Source: Phototrophicaceae bacterium
GTDB lineage: Bacteria; Chloroflexota; Anaerolineae; Aggregatilineales; Phototrophicaceae
DNA: 64,000 nucleotides
Direction: 5' to 3'
Assembly (NCBI GenBank): GCA_965262335.1
Contig: OZ253528.1
Coordinates: 84,237 to 148,236, forward strand
Positions within the stretch are counted from its first letter, which is position 1, and each line of letters opens with the position of its first letter. This document shows positions 36,069 to 45,801 of this stretch, piece after piece. The notes beneath the pieces are model-generated. The model was not told the origin of the DNA and did not search any database. It saw only the letters and a program-made list of their open reading frames with translations. The translations under genes and the position numbers were made by a program.

Positions 36069-37358
36069 ATGTTACGTTCATTCAAATTCTTCACATTCCT
36101 TTCCGTCTGCATCCTGATATTCGCCGGCACGGCGCTGGCGCAGGATGATGGCCTTAAACTCACCGGCTGGCCCTATCAAGTGGATGTCGTCACCGAGAAC
36201 CTGGGACGCTTTACCGAGCAATCAGGTAATGACGCCGTCTTCTTACCCTTCCCCAGCAATGAATACCACGACAAGATGGTCGCCAGCTTCGTTGCCGGCA
36301 CCGAATTCGATGTTGCCTACGTCCGCGACAGCTACCTGGCGGAATGGGCTTCGGCCGGCTGGATCGTGCCCATAACCGGCTTGCCCAACTCCGAAGAATT
36401 GCTGGCTGATCTCCCGGCCGGTATCATCGAGCAGATGTCTTACGCTGGCGAAGTCTATGGCTTGCCCTACTATTCGGGCTTGGAGACTCTCGCCTACAAC
36501 GCAGCGCATCTGGAAGCCGCGGGTCTCGACGCTCCGCCCGCAACCTGGGACGAAATGCTGGAACAAGCCCAGGCTATCAAAGACGCTGGCGTGGTCGATT
36601 ATCCCATCTTGATGCAGTTGCGTAGTGGCGAGAACTACCTGCTGCGCCAGTGGGAGACGCTGACAGCCTCTCGTGGCGGCCGACTATTCGATGACGACCT
36701 CAACCCGCTTTTCCATCTTGAAGACAGCCCGGCGAGCCAGGCATTGCAATGGCTGGTACAGGGACTCGACGCCGGTTTGATCGATCCGGCTTCGATCACC
36801 GACGATGACGGTACTTTGCTGATGATGGCTGGAACCACCAGCTTCATGACCACCACTGACTACACGCTCAAGGCAATAAACGATCCGGAACAATCCAATG
36901 TCGCCGGCGACGTCAAGAACGCCCTCGTGCCAGGAGCGAATGGCGTGATAAGCGGCACCTGGGGTTATGTCCGCTTGTATTCCATCACTGCCAATGCCGA
37001 AGACCAGGACGCCGCCTGGCAGTTGGTCCAATTCCTCGGCGGCCGGGACGCCACCGGTGTCTACTACGTGCCCAAGCGCTGGGCGCTGGAATTTGGCTTG
37101 GGCTTCTCTCAGGCACCGCTTTACGAAGATGAAGAAGTTCGCAATTCCATCTCCGGCTGGATAGATCCCGATCTGCTCAGCGAGCAAGCCGAATACGCCA
37201 TCTCACGTCCCTATCGCTTCGTGCCCTTCTTCTCCGATTGGGAGATCGACAGTTGGGGTCCGCTGCAATCCGTTATCCTCGGCGATTCCGATGTCGGCGA
37301 GGTGCTCAACGACCTGGCTGAAGAATGGAACGACCTGAAAGAAGAATGGGACTACTAG
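36069..37358 (+). CDS. Sugar ABC transporter substrate-binding protein
   Basis: MLRSFKFFTFLSVCILIFAGTALAQDD signal peptide, GAGGTG RBS, solute-binding family-1 size. Confidence 0.8.
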   Translation: MLRSFKFFTFLSVCILIFAGTALAQDDGLKLTGWPYQVDVVTENLGRFTEQSGNDAVFLPFPSNEYHDKMVASFVAGTEFDVAYVRDSYLAEWASAGWIVPITGLPNSEELLADLPAGIIEQMSYAGEVYGLPYYSGLETLAYNAAHLEAAGLDAPPATWDEMLEQAQAIKDAGVVDYPILMQLRSGENYLLRQWETLTASRGGRLFDDDLNPLFHLEDSPASQALQWLVQGLDAGLIDPASITDDDGTLLMMAGTTSFMTTTDYTLKAINDPEQSNVAGDVKNALVPGANGVISGTWGYVRLYSITANAEDQDAAWQLVQFLGGRDATGVYYVPKRWALEFGLGFSQAPLYEDEEVRNSISGWIDPDLLSEQAEYAISRPYRFVPFFSDWEIDSWGPLQSVILGDSDVGEVLNDLAEEWNDLKEEWDY

Positions 37359-37380
37359 GCCATATTGATCCCACCCCAAG

Positions 37381-37429
37381 GTCCTTCTAAGAAAGTCTGT
37401 GTCTGCGCGAAACAGACTGAGGGAAGGAC
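37381..37429 (+). other. Nested intercistronic stem-loop downstream of the binding-protein gene
   Basis: GTCCTTC..AGTCTGT-GTCTGCGCGAA-ACAGACT..GAAGGAC. Two stacked perfect 7-bp stems. No adjacent T-run. Confidence 0.4.
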
Positions 37430-37455
37430 ATCCGCAGTTTTGAACGAACTCCCCT

Positions 37456-38280
37456 TCCCTCCTTGTGGGGGACGGGGCCGGGGGATGGGGGGCTAAGGAA
37501 ACCGCAGTGCGATCACAAATCACCGCCACGCGCAAGGAAATGTCACAAGGCATGATGGCGCTGCTCTTCAGCGCGCCCGCCGTACTCATTATCTCCGCCA
37601 CCATCCTCTTGCCCTTCGGCTTGGCTGTTTTCCTCAGTTTGCATAGTTGGAACTTGAAGCGGCCCGGACGCGAACGCTTTATCGGCTTGGAGAATTACGC
37701 CGACTGGCTCACCGATAGCGACTTCTGGGATGTATCCCCCCACAGAGGTGGGGGGAGCGTGGAAGGGGGGCATTCGAATTGATGACGCAGAATTCCACCG
37801 CCACACGCAAGGAAATGTCACAAGGCATGATGGCGCTGCTCTTCAGCGCGCCCGCCGTACTCATCATCGCCGCCACCATCCTGGTGCCCTTCGGCTTGGC
37901 TGTTTTCCTCAGTTTGCATAGTTGGAACTTAAAGCGGCCCGGACGCGAACGCTTTATCGGCTTGGAGAATTACGCCGACTGGCTCACCGATAGCGACTTC
38001 TGGGATGTATTCCCCCACAAAGGTGGGGGGAGCGTGGAAGGGGGGCATTCGAATTGATGACACAGAATTCCACCGCCACACGCAAGGAAATGTCACAAGG
38101 CATGATGGCGCTGCTCTTCAGCGCGCCCGCCGTACTCATCATCGCCGCCACCATCCTGGTGCCCTTCGGCTTGGCTGTTTTCCTCAGCTTGCATAGTTGG
38201 AACTTGAAGCGGCCCGGACGCGAACGCTTTATCGGCTTGGAGAATTACGCCGACTGGCTCACCGATAGCGACTTCTGGGA
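37456..38280 (+). repeat. Tandem array, 3 x 275 bp: G/C hairpin + first ~200 bp of the permease gene
   Basis: CACCGCCAC(G/A)CGCAAGGAAATGTCACAAGG recurs at 37521, 37796 and 38071 (period 275). All units end at GACTTCTGGGA (37730, 38005, 38280). Units 2 and 3 are near-identical, unit 1 is slightly diverged. Confidence 0.9.
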
Positions 38281-38962
38281 ACCCTTGCGCACCACCTTCA
38301 CCTTCGCCATCATGGCCGTCGTGCTCATTGTCATTATCTCTCTGCTGATCGCCCTTCTGCTCAATGAAAAGTTTCCCGGACGCGGCATGCTTCGGGCGCT
38401 GCTGCTGGTCCCGTGGGCGATTCCCTCGGTCGTCAACGCCTTACTCTGGAAATGGCTGCTTGATCCCACCTACGGCTTGATCAACGCCCTCTTACTCGAA
38501 ACCGGCTTGATCTCGACCTACCAAGCCTGGCTGGGGCAAATGCCCAGCGTCATGATCTGGACCGTCATCGCCTATTCCTGGATTCATATCCCCCTGGCCA
38601 CCCTGCTGCTGCTATCCGGCTTGCAGACCATCCCGGGCGATATCTACGAATCCGCCATCGTCGACGGCGCCAGTATCTGGCAGCGCTTCCTCTTCATCAC
38701 CCTGCCCATGCTGCGTCCCATGCTCTCCATCGTCATCATATTCGAGATGATTTTCGCCCTGAAAGTCTTCGATATCATCTTCGTACTCACCGCCGGTGGA
38801 CCCGCCAACGCCACCAATGTGCTCGGCTGGCAAATCTATACCGAGACCTTCCGCAAGCTCGATTTCGGCGCAGGTAGTTCTATTGCGATGCTGCTCGGTG
38901 CCATCACCCTCGCCCTCGCCATCTTGTTCTACGCCTTCCTGGACAAAGGAGTAGAACAATAA
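38057..38962 (+). CDS. Carbohydrate ABC transporter permease (MalF type), full-length copy
   Basis: TM-rich, EAA loop ..YESAIVDGASIWQRFLFITLPMLRP... Start ambiguous (ATG 38057, 38090 or 38102) because the 5' end lies in the tandem array. Confidence 0.8.
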   Translation: MTQNSTATRKEMSQGMMALLFSAPAVLIIAATILVPFGLAVFLSLHSWNLKRPGRERFIGLENYADWLTDSDFWEPLRTTFTFAIMAVVLIVIISLLIALLLNEKFPGRGMLRALLLVPWAIPSVVNALLWKWLLDPTYGLINALLLETGLISTYQAWLGQMPSVMIWTVIAYSWIHIPLATLLLLSGLQTIPGDIYESAIVDGASIWQRFLFITLPMLRPMLSIVIIFEMIFALKVFDIIFVLTAGGPANATNVLGWQIYTETFRKLDFGAGSSIAMLLGAITLALAILFYAFLDKGVEQ

Positions 38963-39834
38963 TGAAACAGCGCGCGCGCATCCGCATGGCCATCATTTAC
39001 ATCGCCGCCACACTCTTGTTGTTAGGCACAGTTGGCCCCTTCCTTTGGCTGGTCAGCTCCAGCTTCCAATATGAACGGCAACTGCTCAATATCCCGCCGC
39101 AATGGCTGCCCAATCCGGTCGTGATTGACAGCTACCGCGAGATCTTCGAAGGCGCAGTCCTGGGCGAGGCATCCGGCGTGCCCTATCAATCGCGTATTTT
39201 CTTGCGTTCCTTCGCCAACAGTTTCTTCGTGGCCGGCAGTGTCGCGGTCATCGCCGTTCTTGTCGGTGCCTACGCCGCCTATCCGCTGGCGCGCCTGCGA
39301 TTTCGCGGTCGACGCATCTTGCTTTTTGGCATCCTTGCCAGCCGGCTAATCCCGGCACTATCATTGGCCATCCCCATCGTGCTTGTCGCCAAGAAAATCG
39401 GCATGAGTGACAAGATCGTCTCGCTAGTCTTCATCAACCTGTCTTTCATCCTGCCCTATGTCATCTGGCTGCTGCAATCCTACTTCAAATCCATTCCCGT
39501 GGAATTGGAAGACGCCGGCCGCATTGATGGCTGCAGCCGCCTGCAAGTGGTGCACAAGATCATCCTGCCTCTGTCGCTCCCCGGCTTAACATCGGCGGGC
39601 ATCCTGGCTTTCTTGCTGACCTGGGGCGAGTTCCTCTTTGCCTTGCTCTTGTCAGAGACGCCCAGTTCCTATACCAGCACGGTCGTTGTCTCGCTCTTCG
39701 CCACCGATGTCGATGTCAATTTCGTCAGTATTATCACCGCTGGCGTGATCTCGGTCATTCCACCTATCAGTTTCGCATTGATCTTTCAACGTTTCATCAT
39801 CAGCGGCTTGCTCTCCGGCTCGCTCAAGGGCTGA
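38962..39834 (+). CDS. Carbohydrate ABC transporter permease (MalG type)
   Basis: TAATG overlap with the upstream permease. ..ELEDAGRIDGCSRLQVVHKIILPLSLP.. EAA motif. Confidence 0.85.
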   Translation: MKQRARIRMAIIYIAATLLLLGTVGPFLWLVSSSFQYERQLLNIPPQWLPNPVVIDSYREIFEGAVLGEASGVPYQSRIFLRSFANSFFVAGSVAVIAVLVGAYAAYPLARLRFRGRRILLFGILASRLIPALSLAIPIVLVAKKIGMSDKIVSLVFINLSFILPYVIWLLQSYFKSIPVELEDAGRIDGCSRLQVVHKIILPLSLPGLTSAGILAFLLTWGEFLFALLLSETPSSYTSTVVVSLFATDVDVNFVSIITAGVISVIPPISFALIFQRFIISGLLSGSLKG

Positions 39835-39989
39835 GCAAAAATCTGGCAGCAGAGCACAAAGATCAAGACGAACCGAAACTTTCAATTCTTAGTAGTTCCC
39901 ATAAAATAATGCGAAAAAACTTCATTTGTATCGAGAGTTCTGGATGTAATCCCAATCCCGCGAATAGCGCTCCCCTTCCCTCATTTTGG

Positions 39990-40305
39990 CTGAGGACAGG
40001 ACAGGTTTTGAGGTGGAACGTGATGTGGAAAAGGACGGGAAAAGGATAAGAAAAGGAGCAAATATAGCGATTACATATCGATACAGTATCGATATTGAGC
40101 ATGATTTCGCCAAATTGGATAGTGATCCGGCGAGAACGCGCCAGTTGCAAGAAAGACATGAAGGAAAGCGATAAGATTCCCATATAGCCGAGCGTATCAT
40201 CATTTGCCGGGGACGCGGCGACTATATGGTCGCGGTTTCATGCAGGAATTGCTGATGGTCGCTAGCTGATGCGCGAGGCGGGAGCGAAACCTGTCCTGTC
40301 CTCAG
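39990..40305 (+). mobile_element. MITE-like non-autonomous element, copy 1 (316 bp)
   Basis: Perfect 19-bp terminal inverted repeats CTGAGGACAGGACAGGTTT. 10-bp direct duplication CTCATTTTGG at 39980..39989 and 40306..40315. ~93% identical to the reverse complement of 58335..58681. Confidence 0.8.
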
Positions 40306-40430
40306 CTCATTTTGGGGGATGGGGGCTGATCGCAAATCACTTTTCTTGCACGGCAAACTTGGTACTGCTTTTGTCTTTTAGTGATTAAAATAAATCGTTA
40401 ACTTCAGCGTCCGCATAACGAGGCGCAACC

Positions 40431-40952
40431 ATGCCATTCAACATCAAAAAACGCGGCAAACTCGCCTACTACTACGAAGGCGATGACCCCGTGCTGTCCA
40501 ACATGGTCGTCGAGACCCTGCCCGATGGCGACCTGCGCATCTGTTTCTCCGGGCTGACGGGTGGCTACTCGGCAACCGGCGTCCTCGAGCTTAACTGCGT
40601 CGCCTTCATGGAACCGGAGGTCGAAATCCCGCTGGTCTTCCGATGTTGGGAACGCTGGCTGCAAGAAGCCGGCATTTGCGCTTCCATCGCCGATATCGAC
40701 TTCATCGAGATGCACGCCTTTGGCACCCAACCCAAATCTCCCAATCCCCAGCTTGACCCCGTCGGCTACCAAGCCGAGCTTGAACGCCTGCGCTCCGCCT
40801 ATGCCCTGGCATACCGCAACTTCTTCAAGCAACACTGTCCCGAAAATGGCCTGCCCGCTCGTTTCACGGTACACGTCGTCGATGTGCCCGACCAAGCCGC
40901 GAGTTACGAGTTTTACGCCACCGCACTCTTTCAGAAAGCGATGCAGCGCTAG
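40431..40952 (+). CDS. Hypothetical protein (173 aa)
   Basis: ORF with host-like GC and codon appearance. No motif recognised. Confidence 0.45.
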   Translation: MPFNIKKRGKLAYYYEGDDPVLSNMVVETLPDGDLRICFSGLTGGYSATGVLELNCVAFMEPEVEIPLVFRCWERWLQEAGICASIADIDFIEMHAFGTQPKSPNPQLDPVGYQAELERLRSAYALAYRNFFKQHCPENGLPARFTVHVVDVPDQAASYEFYATALFQKAMQR

Positions 40953-41250
40953 TTCTGTTTTACGATTCTCCAGCCTAACACGAGCAAATCCTGGACGTTC
41001 GATAGCGCTTCATTGGAGCCGATCAGGACGCGGCCAACGCGCCCCTGATAAGCGTGACGGTGAACGATAAACTATGCGACGGAGAGCTAAGCCCGGGCTT
41101 GGCAATACAGAACACCGATCCCGCCCATTTGGCTTTTGCGCAGACGATCGAGATTAACCTGCCCGGCCGGACGCTGGTCAAAAGACATAACATGCTTGCA
41201 CTTCTCGTCGGGGACACTTAAGCGTCACCACATCCACATGCTGTGATTTC

Positions 41251-41279
41251 TTGACACTCTCCGACGAATATGTCATTAT
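41251..41279 (+). promoter_or_regulatory. Candidate promoter of the 41332 ABC-transporter operon
   Basis: TTGACA, 17 nt, CATTAT, ~50 nt upstream of AAGGAG and ATG 41332. Confidence 0.4.
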
Positions 41280-41331
41280 CACCTGAGCAATAAACTTCAC
41301 AAATCAAGAAAATTTTTAAGGAGATAAAATA

Positions 41332-42639
41332 ATGAACATGCTTAATCGAGCACTGTCTCGGCGTGACATGCTGAGGTTGATGGGCATTGCTTCTGTGGGA
41401 ACTGCCCTCGGCTCCCGCGTCGCAGCCCAATCAATACCGGAATCCGGCACCTTCCGATTTCAGATCGAGTCCGGTCCCGGTACAGATTTCGTCAACGTCG
41501 TTAACGCCTTCATTGAAGAACATCCGGAAATCAACGTGGAGTTCAGCCAGGTCGAAGCGGCGGTCGTCGGCGTCGACTGGCAGCGCATTGCCATGGAGGC
41601 CGGTGTCGTCGATCTGATCTCGAACGAAAACCCGAAATTCCTCAAGCTCGACCCAGTTCTCAGGGGCGGTCTGATCCAGTCTCTCGACGGCTACCGCGAC
41701 TTGTATAGCTGGGACGACTGGGTTCTCCCCGCTGCGCTGCGGCGCTCATCGCGTGGCGGCCAACTATGGACGCTGCCACTCTATTACGAGATCTGCGGTG
41801 CTTCATACAGAAAGTCGGTCCTCGAGAGCGTGGACGCCGGTGAGCCGCAGTCTTGGGAAGAATTCATCGCCCTGCTCGAGAAATTCAAGGCAGCAGGCAT
41901 GATCCCGCTCACCACCGGCCATCGCGGCTTTAGCCAAATCCAGATGATTCACTATCAGTTCTGGGCCAGCATCGGCGGGCTTGATGGACCGGGCAGTATC
42001 ACCGATGTCATATTTGGCGACGGCAAATTTACCGATGCCCCAAGTGTCGAAGCGGCCAGAGCCATCCTGGATATCTACAAGGCCGGGCTGCTTGATGCGG
42101 ATGTGCTGTCGATCACCCAGGATGATGGTAATGAACGCTTCATCTCTGGCGCGGCCGCTTTGAACGTGACCGGCACCTGGTTCTATTCGGAGATGCAACG
42201 GCAATTCGAAGACGACTGGGACATGCTCACCATGCCAGGACCGGGTGGCGGTCCCATTTGGTGTACCGGCGAGACCGAAGCCATGGTCATTCCCGCGGCC
42301 GCGCAAGACCCCGATGCGGCGGCGCTTTTCCTTGATTTCTGCGTTTCCGGCACCGGCGCCAAGAAATTGGTCGAGAGCGGAAATCTCTTGTCTACCAAGG
42401 CCTTTGGCGATCTGGCCATTCCACAAGTTCAGCGCCTGCCTATTGTCACGGGCGAGGAATCATCGCTCTTGATTTTCGGCTGGCTGCCACAGTCTTCCCA
42501 AGACGCCTACCAACAAGGCTTGGGTGGTATCCTTTCAGAGAGCATCACGCCGGAACAATGGGCGGCCAACGTCCAACAAGCTTGGGAGCAAGACATCGAG
42601 GATGGACAGATTCCTGAAGACCGCAGCGATTTGCTCTAG
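41332..42639 (+). CDS. Sugar ABC transporter substrate-binding protein with Tat-type signal
   Basis: N-terminal LSRRDMLRLMGIASVGTALGSRVAAQ (twin-arginine pattern). AAGGAG RBS. Confidence 0.8.
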   Translation: MNMLNRALSRRDMLRLMGIASVGTALGSRVAAQSIPESGTFRFQIESGPGTDFVNVVNAFIEEHPEINVEFSQVEAAVVGVDWQRIAMEAGVVDLISNENPKFLKLDPVLRGGLIQSLDGYRDLYSWDDWVLPAALRRSSRGGQLWTLPLYYEICGASYRKSVLESVDAGEPQSWEEFIALLEKFKAAGMIPLTTGHRGFSQIQMIHYQFWASIGGLDGPGSITDVIFGDGKFTDAPSVEAARAILDIYKAGLLDADVLSITQDDGNERFISGAAALNVTGTWFYSEMQRQFEDDWDMLTMPGPGGGPIWCTGETEAMVIPAAAQDPDAAALFLDFCVSGTGAKKLVESGNLLSTKAFGDLAIPQVQRLPIVTGEESSLLIFGWLPQSSQDAYQQGLGGILSESITPEQWAANVQQAWEQDIEDGQIPEDRSDLL

Positions 42640-42866
42640 GTCGTGACCACAACCGGGCTCGGCCAGGCATCTTGTCTAGGGCCGGGCTTGGCTGTTAACC
42701 CGGCTCCGAGCCGTTCTTGCCGCACTGCCACACCCATTGTCAAGAATACCTTCCGCCGACGAGCCGTTCGGCGGCATCGCATCGGTCTGCCGCGCTCACG
42801 CAAAATAACCAGCCGTCTGCTCGTGCCAGCAAGGTCGGTTTGTCAATAATCATAGAGATCGCTTCA

Positions 42867-43850
42867 ATGTCCGCACTTGCATCGAAACTGCGCTTTCGGC
42901 CTCTCGACGCTTGGCGAAGCGCCCCAGATAAGACGCGCGAGCAGTGGCTCTTGGCAGCTGTTCTTATCGCGCCTGCCTTGGTCTTAATGGGGATTTTTGT
43001 CTTCTTCCCCGCCATACAGACAGTCGGGCTGAGTTTCTATCGCTGGGACGGGATAAGTCCTGATATAGGGGAGTTCGTTGGCCTCAAGACTTTCGCCCGG
43101 GCGACGAACAACTTCCCCTTTTCGCAGGCGATCAAGAACAGCATGTTGTGGGGGCTGGTCGGCCTTTTGGTCCCCACGAGCATTGGCCTGATCGCGGCGG
43201 CACTGGTGGAGGATACCAATCTACGGCCAAAACCCTTGTTTCGCTTTGCCTTCTTCGTGCCCTACTTCTTTTCTATGGCGGTGGCGGCGGCCGTATTCAC
43301 CCGCGTTTACGACCCCAGCTATGGCATGATCAACCAGCTCATTCATGCGCTTGGCTTCGTTGATGTCAAACCGCAATGGTTGGGTGACGGCAAGATCGCC
43401 CTCTTTGCCGCCATGGGGGTTTTCGTCTGGCACGAAACCGCCTTCTGCTACATCGTCTTCACCGCCTCTATTCAGCAGATCGACCGTTATCTCTATGATG
43501 CCGCCAAAGTTGATGGCGCCTCTGTAATCCAGGTTTTCCGCTATATCACCATTCCCAGTGTCAGAGACGTGGTCACCTTTGTCATGACAATTATGCTGAT
43601 CGTCGGCTTGACTCCCTTTGCCGTCGTCTTCCCCTTAACGGCGCCCGGTCTGGGCGGGCCATATTACGCGACTGAGATTCTGCCGACGCTAATTTTCAAG
43701 AAAGCCCGCCAAGGTTATAACGCCAGCGAAGCAGCGGCCCTTGGCGTAATTCTGTTGATTGTCGTCATCGGGATCGTGTCCGTCTTCGTCTGGTTTAGAG
43801 AGCGCACCGCGCCCAAGGACTGGACAGGCAAAAACAATGGTATCGACTAA
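42867..43850 (+). CDS. Carbohydrate ABC transporter permease
   Basis: ATG 42867 (MSALASKLRF..). TM-rich, ..YDAAKVDGASVIQVFRYITIPSVR.. EAA motif. The tracked upstream extension has no support. Confidence 0.8.
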   Translation: MSALASKLRFRPLDAWRSAPDKTREQWLLAAVLIAPALVLMGIFVFFPAIQTVGLSFYRWDGISPDIGEFVGLKTFARATNNFPFSQAIKNSMLWGLVGLLVPTSIGLIAAALVEDTNLRPKPLFRFAFFVPYFFSMAVAAAVFTRVYDPSYGMINQLIHALGFVDVKPQWLGDGKIALFAAMGVFVWHETAFCYIVFTASIQQIDRYLYDAAKVDGASVIQVFRYITIPSVRDVVTFVMTIMLIVGLTPFAVVFPLTAPGLGGPYYATEILPTLIFKKARQGYNASEAAALGVILLIVVIGIVSVFVWFRERTAPKDWTGKNNGID

Positions 43851-44667
43851 GCTGACGCGCTACGCCCTTTATCTACTGGTCGTCTTACTGGCATTGCCCT
43901 TTGTTTTTCCTTCCCTGTGGGTCTTTATGGCCAGTTTCTCGACCAACACACAAATCACAATGGACTCATTGGCACTGCCGGACCGGCTGTATGTCGAAAA
44001 CTACACCCACGCCTGGACGGGCGCCAAATTCAGTAGTTTCGTCTACAACAGCCTGGCCGTTTCGGGGTCGGTCACCGTCTTGATTGGCCTGTTGGCTACC
44101 ATGCTTGGTTATGCCATCGCCCGGCTGGATTTCCCTGGGCGCAGGATTCTGCTGCTCCTGATCATGATGGCCCTTGTTACGCCGGTCTTTTCTTATCTGG
44201 AGCCCCTGGCTCGCGTCGTGCGTAGCCTGGGCCTGTCCAATTCGCATACTGCCGTCATTTTGACGACAACCGCCACGTTCTTGCCGGTACCGACCCTGCT
44301 CATGCGCTCGTTCTATCTGACCCTGCCCGAAGAGCTGGGCGACGCCGGGCGCGTCGAAGGGGCCAGCGAATGGGGCGTCTTCCGCTATATCATGATGCCC
44401 ATGGCTCGCTCAGGCATTCTCACCGTGCTCATTTTCGCCTTTCTCTGGAGCTGGAATGATCTCTTGCTGCCGGCCGTTTTTATCCAGTCACCCGACAAGT
44501 ACACCATCGCCTACGCCATAACCACACTCAAACCGGCTGGCTTTCGTACCGATCACGTCACCATGTTTGCCGCGTCGATAATTTCCACCGGACCCATGAT
44601 CGTCGTCTATCTATTGCTCATGCGCAGATTTATCGCCGGCCTGACGGTAGGCGGCCTCAGAGGCTAG
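43837..44667 (+). CDS. Carbohydrate ABC transporter permease
   Basis: ATG 43837 (MVSTKLTRYALYLL..). ..ELGDAGRVEGASEWGVFRYIMMPMAR.. EAA motif. Confidence 0.8.
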   Translation: MVSTKLTRYALYLLVVLLALPFVFPSLWVFMASFSTNTQITMDSLALPDRLYVENYTHAWTGAKFSSFVYNSLAVSGSVTVLIGLLATMLGYAIARLDFPGRRILLLLIMMALVTPVFSYLEPLARVVRSLGLSNSHTAVILTTTATFLPVPTLLMRSFYLTLPEELGDAGRVEGASEWGVFRYIMMPMARSGILTVLIFAFLWSWNDLLLPAVFIQSPDKYTIAYAITTLKPAGFRTDHVTMFAASIISTGPMIVVYLLLMRRFIAGLTVGGLRG

Positions 44668-44722
44668 TAGCGCAGATCAGAGAGTGCCAGCTTATTCACC
44701 CGGTAACGCCAAGGAACTCTTG

Positions 44723-45796
44723 ATGGCATACAAAATGATTCAGATCGGCCTCGGTGCCATGGGCCGCGATTGGTGCCAGACCTCGCTGCCGCCGAACATC
44801 AAAGAGGGCTTGATCGAGGTTGTTGCCGCGGTCGATATCGATCCAGGATCATTAAAGTACGCCCAAAAGCTTCTCGGATTGCCTGCCGATCAATGCTATA
44901 CAGACATCAAGCAAGCGCTCGACCAGAACCCGGCCGATTTTTGTACGATTGTTGTGACGCCGGCTGCCCACGAAGCAGTCGTCGACCTGGCTTTGGACCA
45001 CGATCTGCACATTCTTTCCGAAAAGCCGATCGCGGACAGCTTGGCTGCCTCAGTCCGCATCGCGGACAAAGTCAAACGCGCCGGCGTCAAAATGGGCGTG
45101 ACGATGAGCCACCGCTTCGACCAGGACAAGACGACCCTGCGACAGGAATTGCGCTCGGGGCGATACGGCAGGCTGGACTACCTCGTCTACCACTTGACCT
45201 CCGATCTGCGCAAATTCGGCAGCTGGGGTAAGTTTCGCCACCAGATTCCTCATCCGCTCATGGTCGAAGGCGCCGTGCATCAACTGGATATCGTCGCGGA
45301 TTTGGCCGGCGCCAAATGTGATACCATCTACTCGCAGTCTTGGAATCCGCCCTGGGGCGAGTACGCCGGTGATACGCAGGCGCTGGTCACCCTGTCTTTT
45401 GAAAATGACAGCCGCGCTTTCTTTGAGGGCGCCTGCACAAATGCCGTCGGCTTGAAAGATTGGACCCGGGAAACGATCCGCGCTGAATGCGAGCTGGCAA
45501 CCTTGGTGCTTAATGCGCGCCGTCTCGAGCGTTTCATCTACGACCGCACGCGTTGGCGGATCAGCAAGGCGGAAGGCGAAGGCGAGGAAATCCCGCTGCT
45601 TGAACAGCCCAAGTGGATGAATACCTGGTTGATCGAGCAGTTCGTACACTGGCTGGATGGCGGCGAGCCTATGGAGACCCACATCGAAGCCAATCTCCAG
45701 TCGGTGGCGCTAATCTTCGCAGCTATAGAAAGTAATCGGATCGGACAGCCGGTCAAAGTACAAGAGTTCTTAGCAAAAGCCCGACAGGAAGCCTAA
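44723..45796 (+). CDS. Gfo/Idh/MocA family oxidoreductase
   Basis: MAYKMIQIGLGAMGRDW Rossmann start, ..EKPIA.. motif. AAGGA RBS. Confidence 0.8.
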   Translation: MAYKMIQIGLGAMGRDWCQTSLPPNIKEGLIEVVAAVDIDPGSLKYAQKLLGLPADQCYTDIKQALDQNPADFCTIVVTPAAHEAVVDLALDHDLHILSEKPIADSLAASVRIADKVKRAGVKMGVTMSHRFDQDKTTLRQELRSGRYGRLDYLVYHLTSDLRKFGSWGKFRHQIPHPLMVEGAVHQLDIVADLAGAKCDTIYSQSWNPPWGEYAGDTQALVTLSFENDSRAFFEGACTNAVGLKDWTRETIRAECELATLVLNARRLERFIYDRTRWRISKAEGEGEEIPLLEQPKWMNTWLIEQFVHWLDGGEPMETHIEANLQSVALIFAAIESNRIGQPVKVQEFLAKARQEA

Positions 45797-45801
45797 AAAC
45801 T

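Noticed and set aside
37465-38057. 37465..37782 and 37779..38057 as independent genes
   Set aside because: They are truncated duplicates of the permease N-terminus that read out into hairpin sequence. They are treated as products of the tandem array rather than separate genes.
40030-40075. CRISPR-like appearance of the GGGAAAAGGA short repeats in the MITE copies and of the 275-bp tandem array
   Set aside because: The repeat units are about 10 bp without spacers, or 275 bp and coding-derived. There is no repeat-spacer periodicity and there are no cas genes.
39863-40203. Small ORFs inside the MITE copies (39863..40183, 39922..40203, 39986..40174, 58457..58717, 58548..58814)
   Set aside because: Substitutions between the two copies show no codon-position bias that I can see. 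The length change from the short-repeat expansion alters the ORFs. They run through the terminal inverted repeats.
41003-41220. About 70-aa stop-to-stop frame (..LISVTVNDKLCDGELSPGLAIQNTDPAHLAFAQTIEINLPGRTLVK..) that looks protein-like
   Set aside because: No start codon is available except near its end, and no family was recognised. It is possibly a decayed gene fragment.
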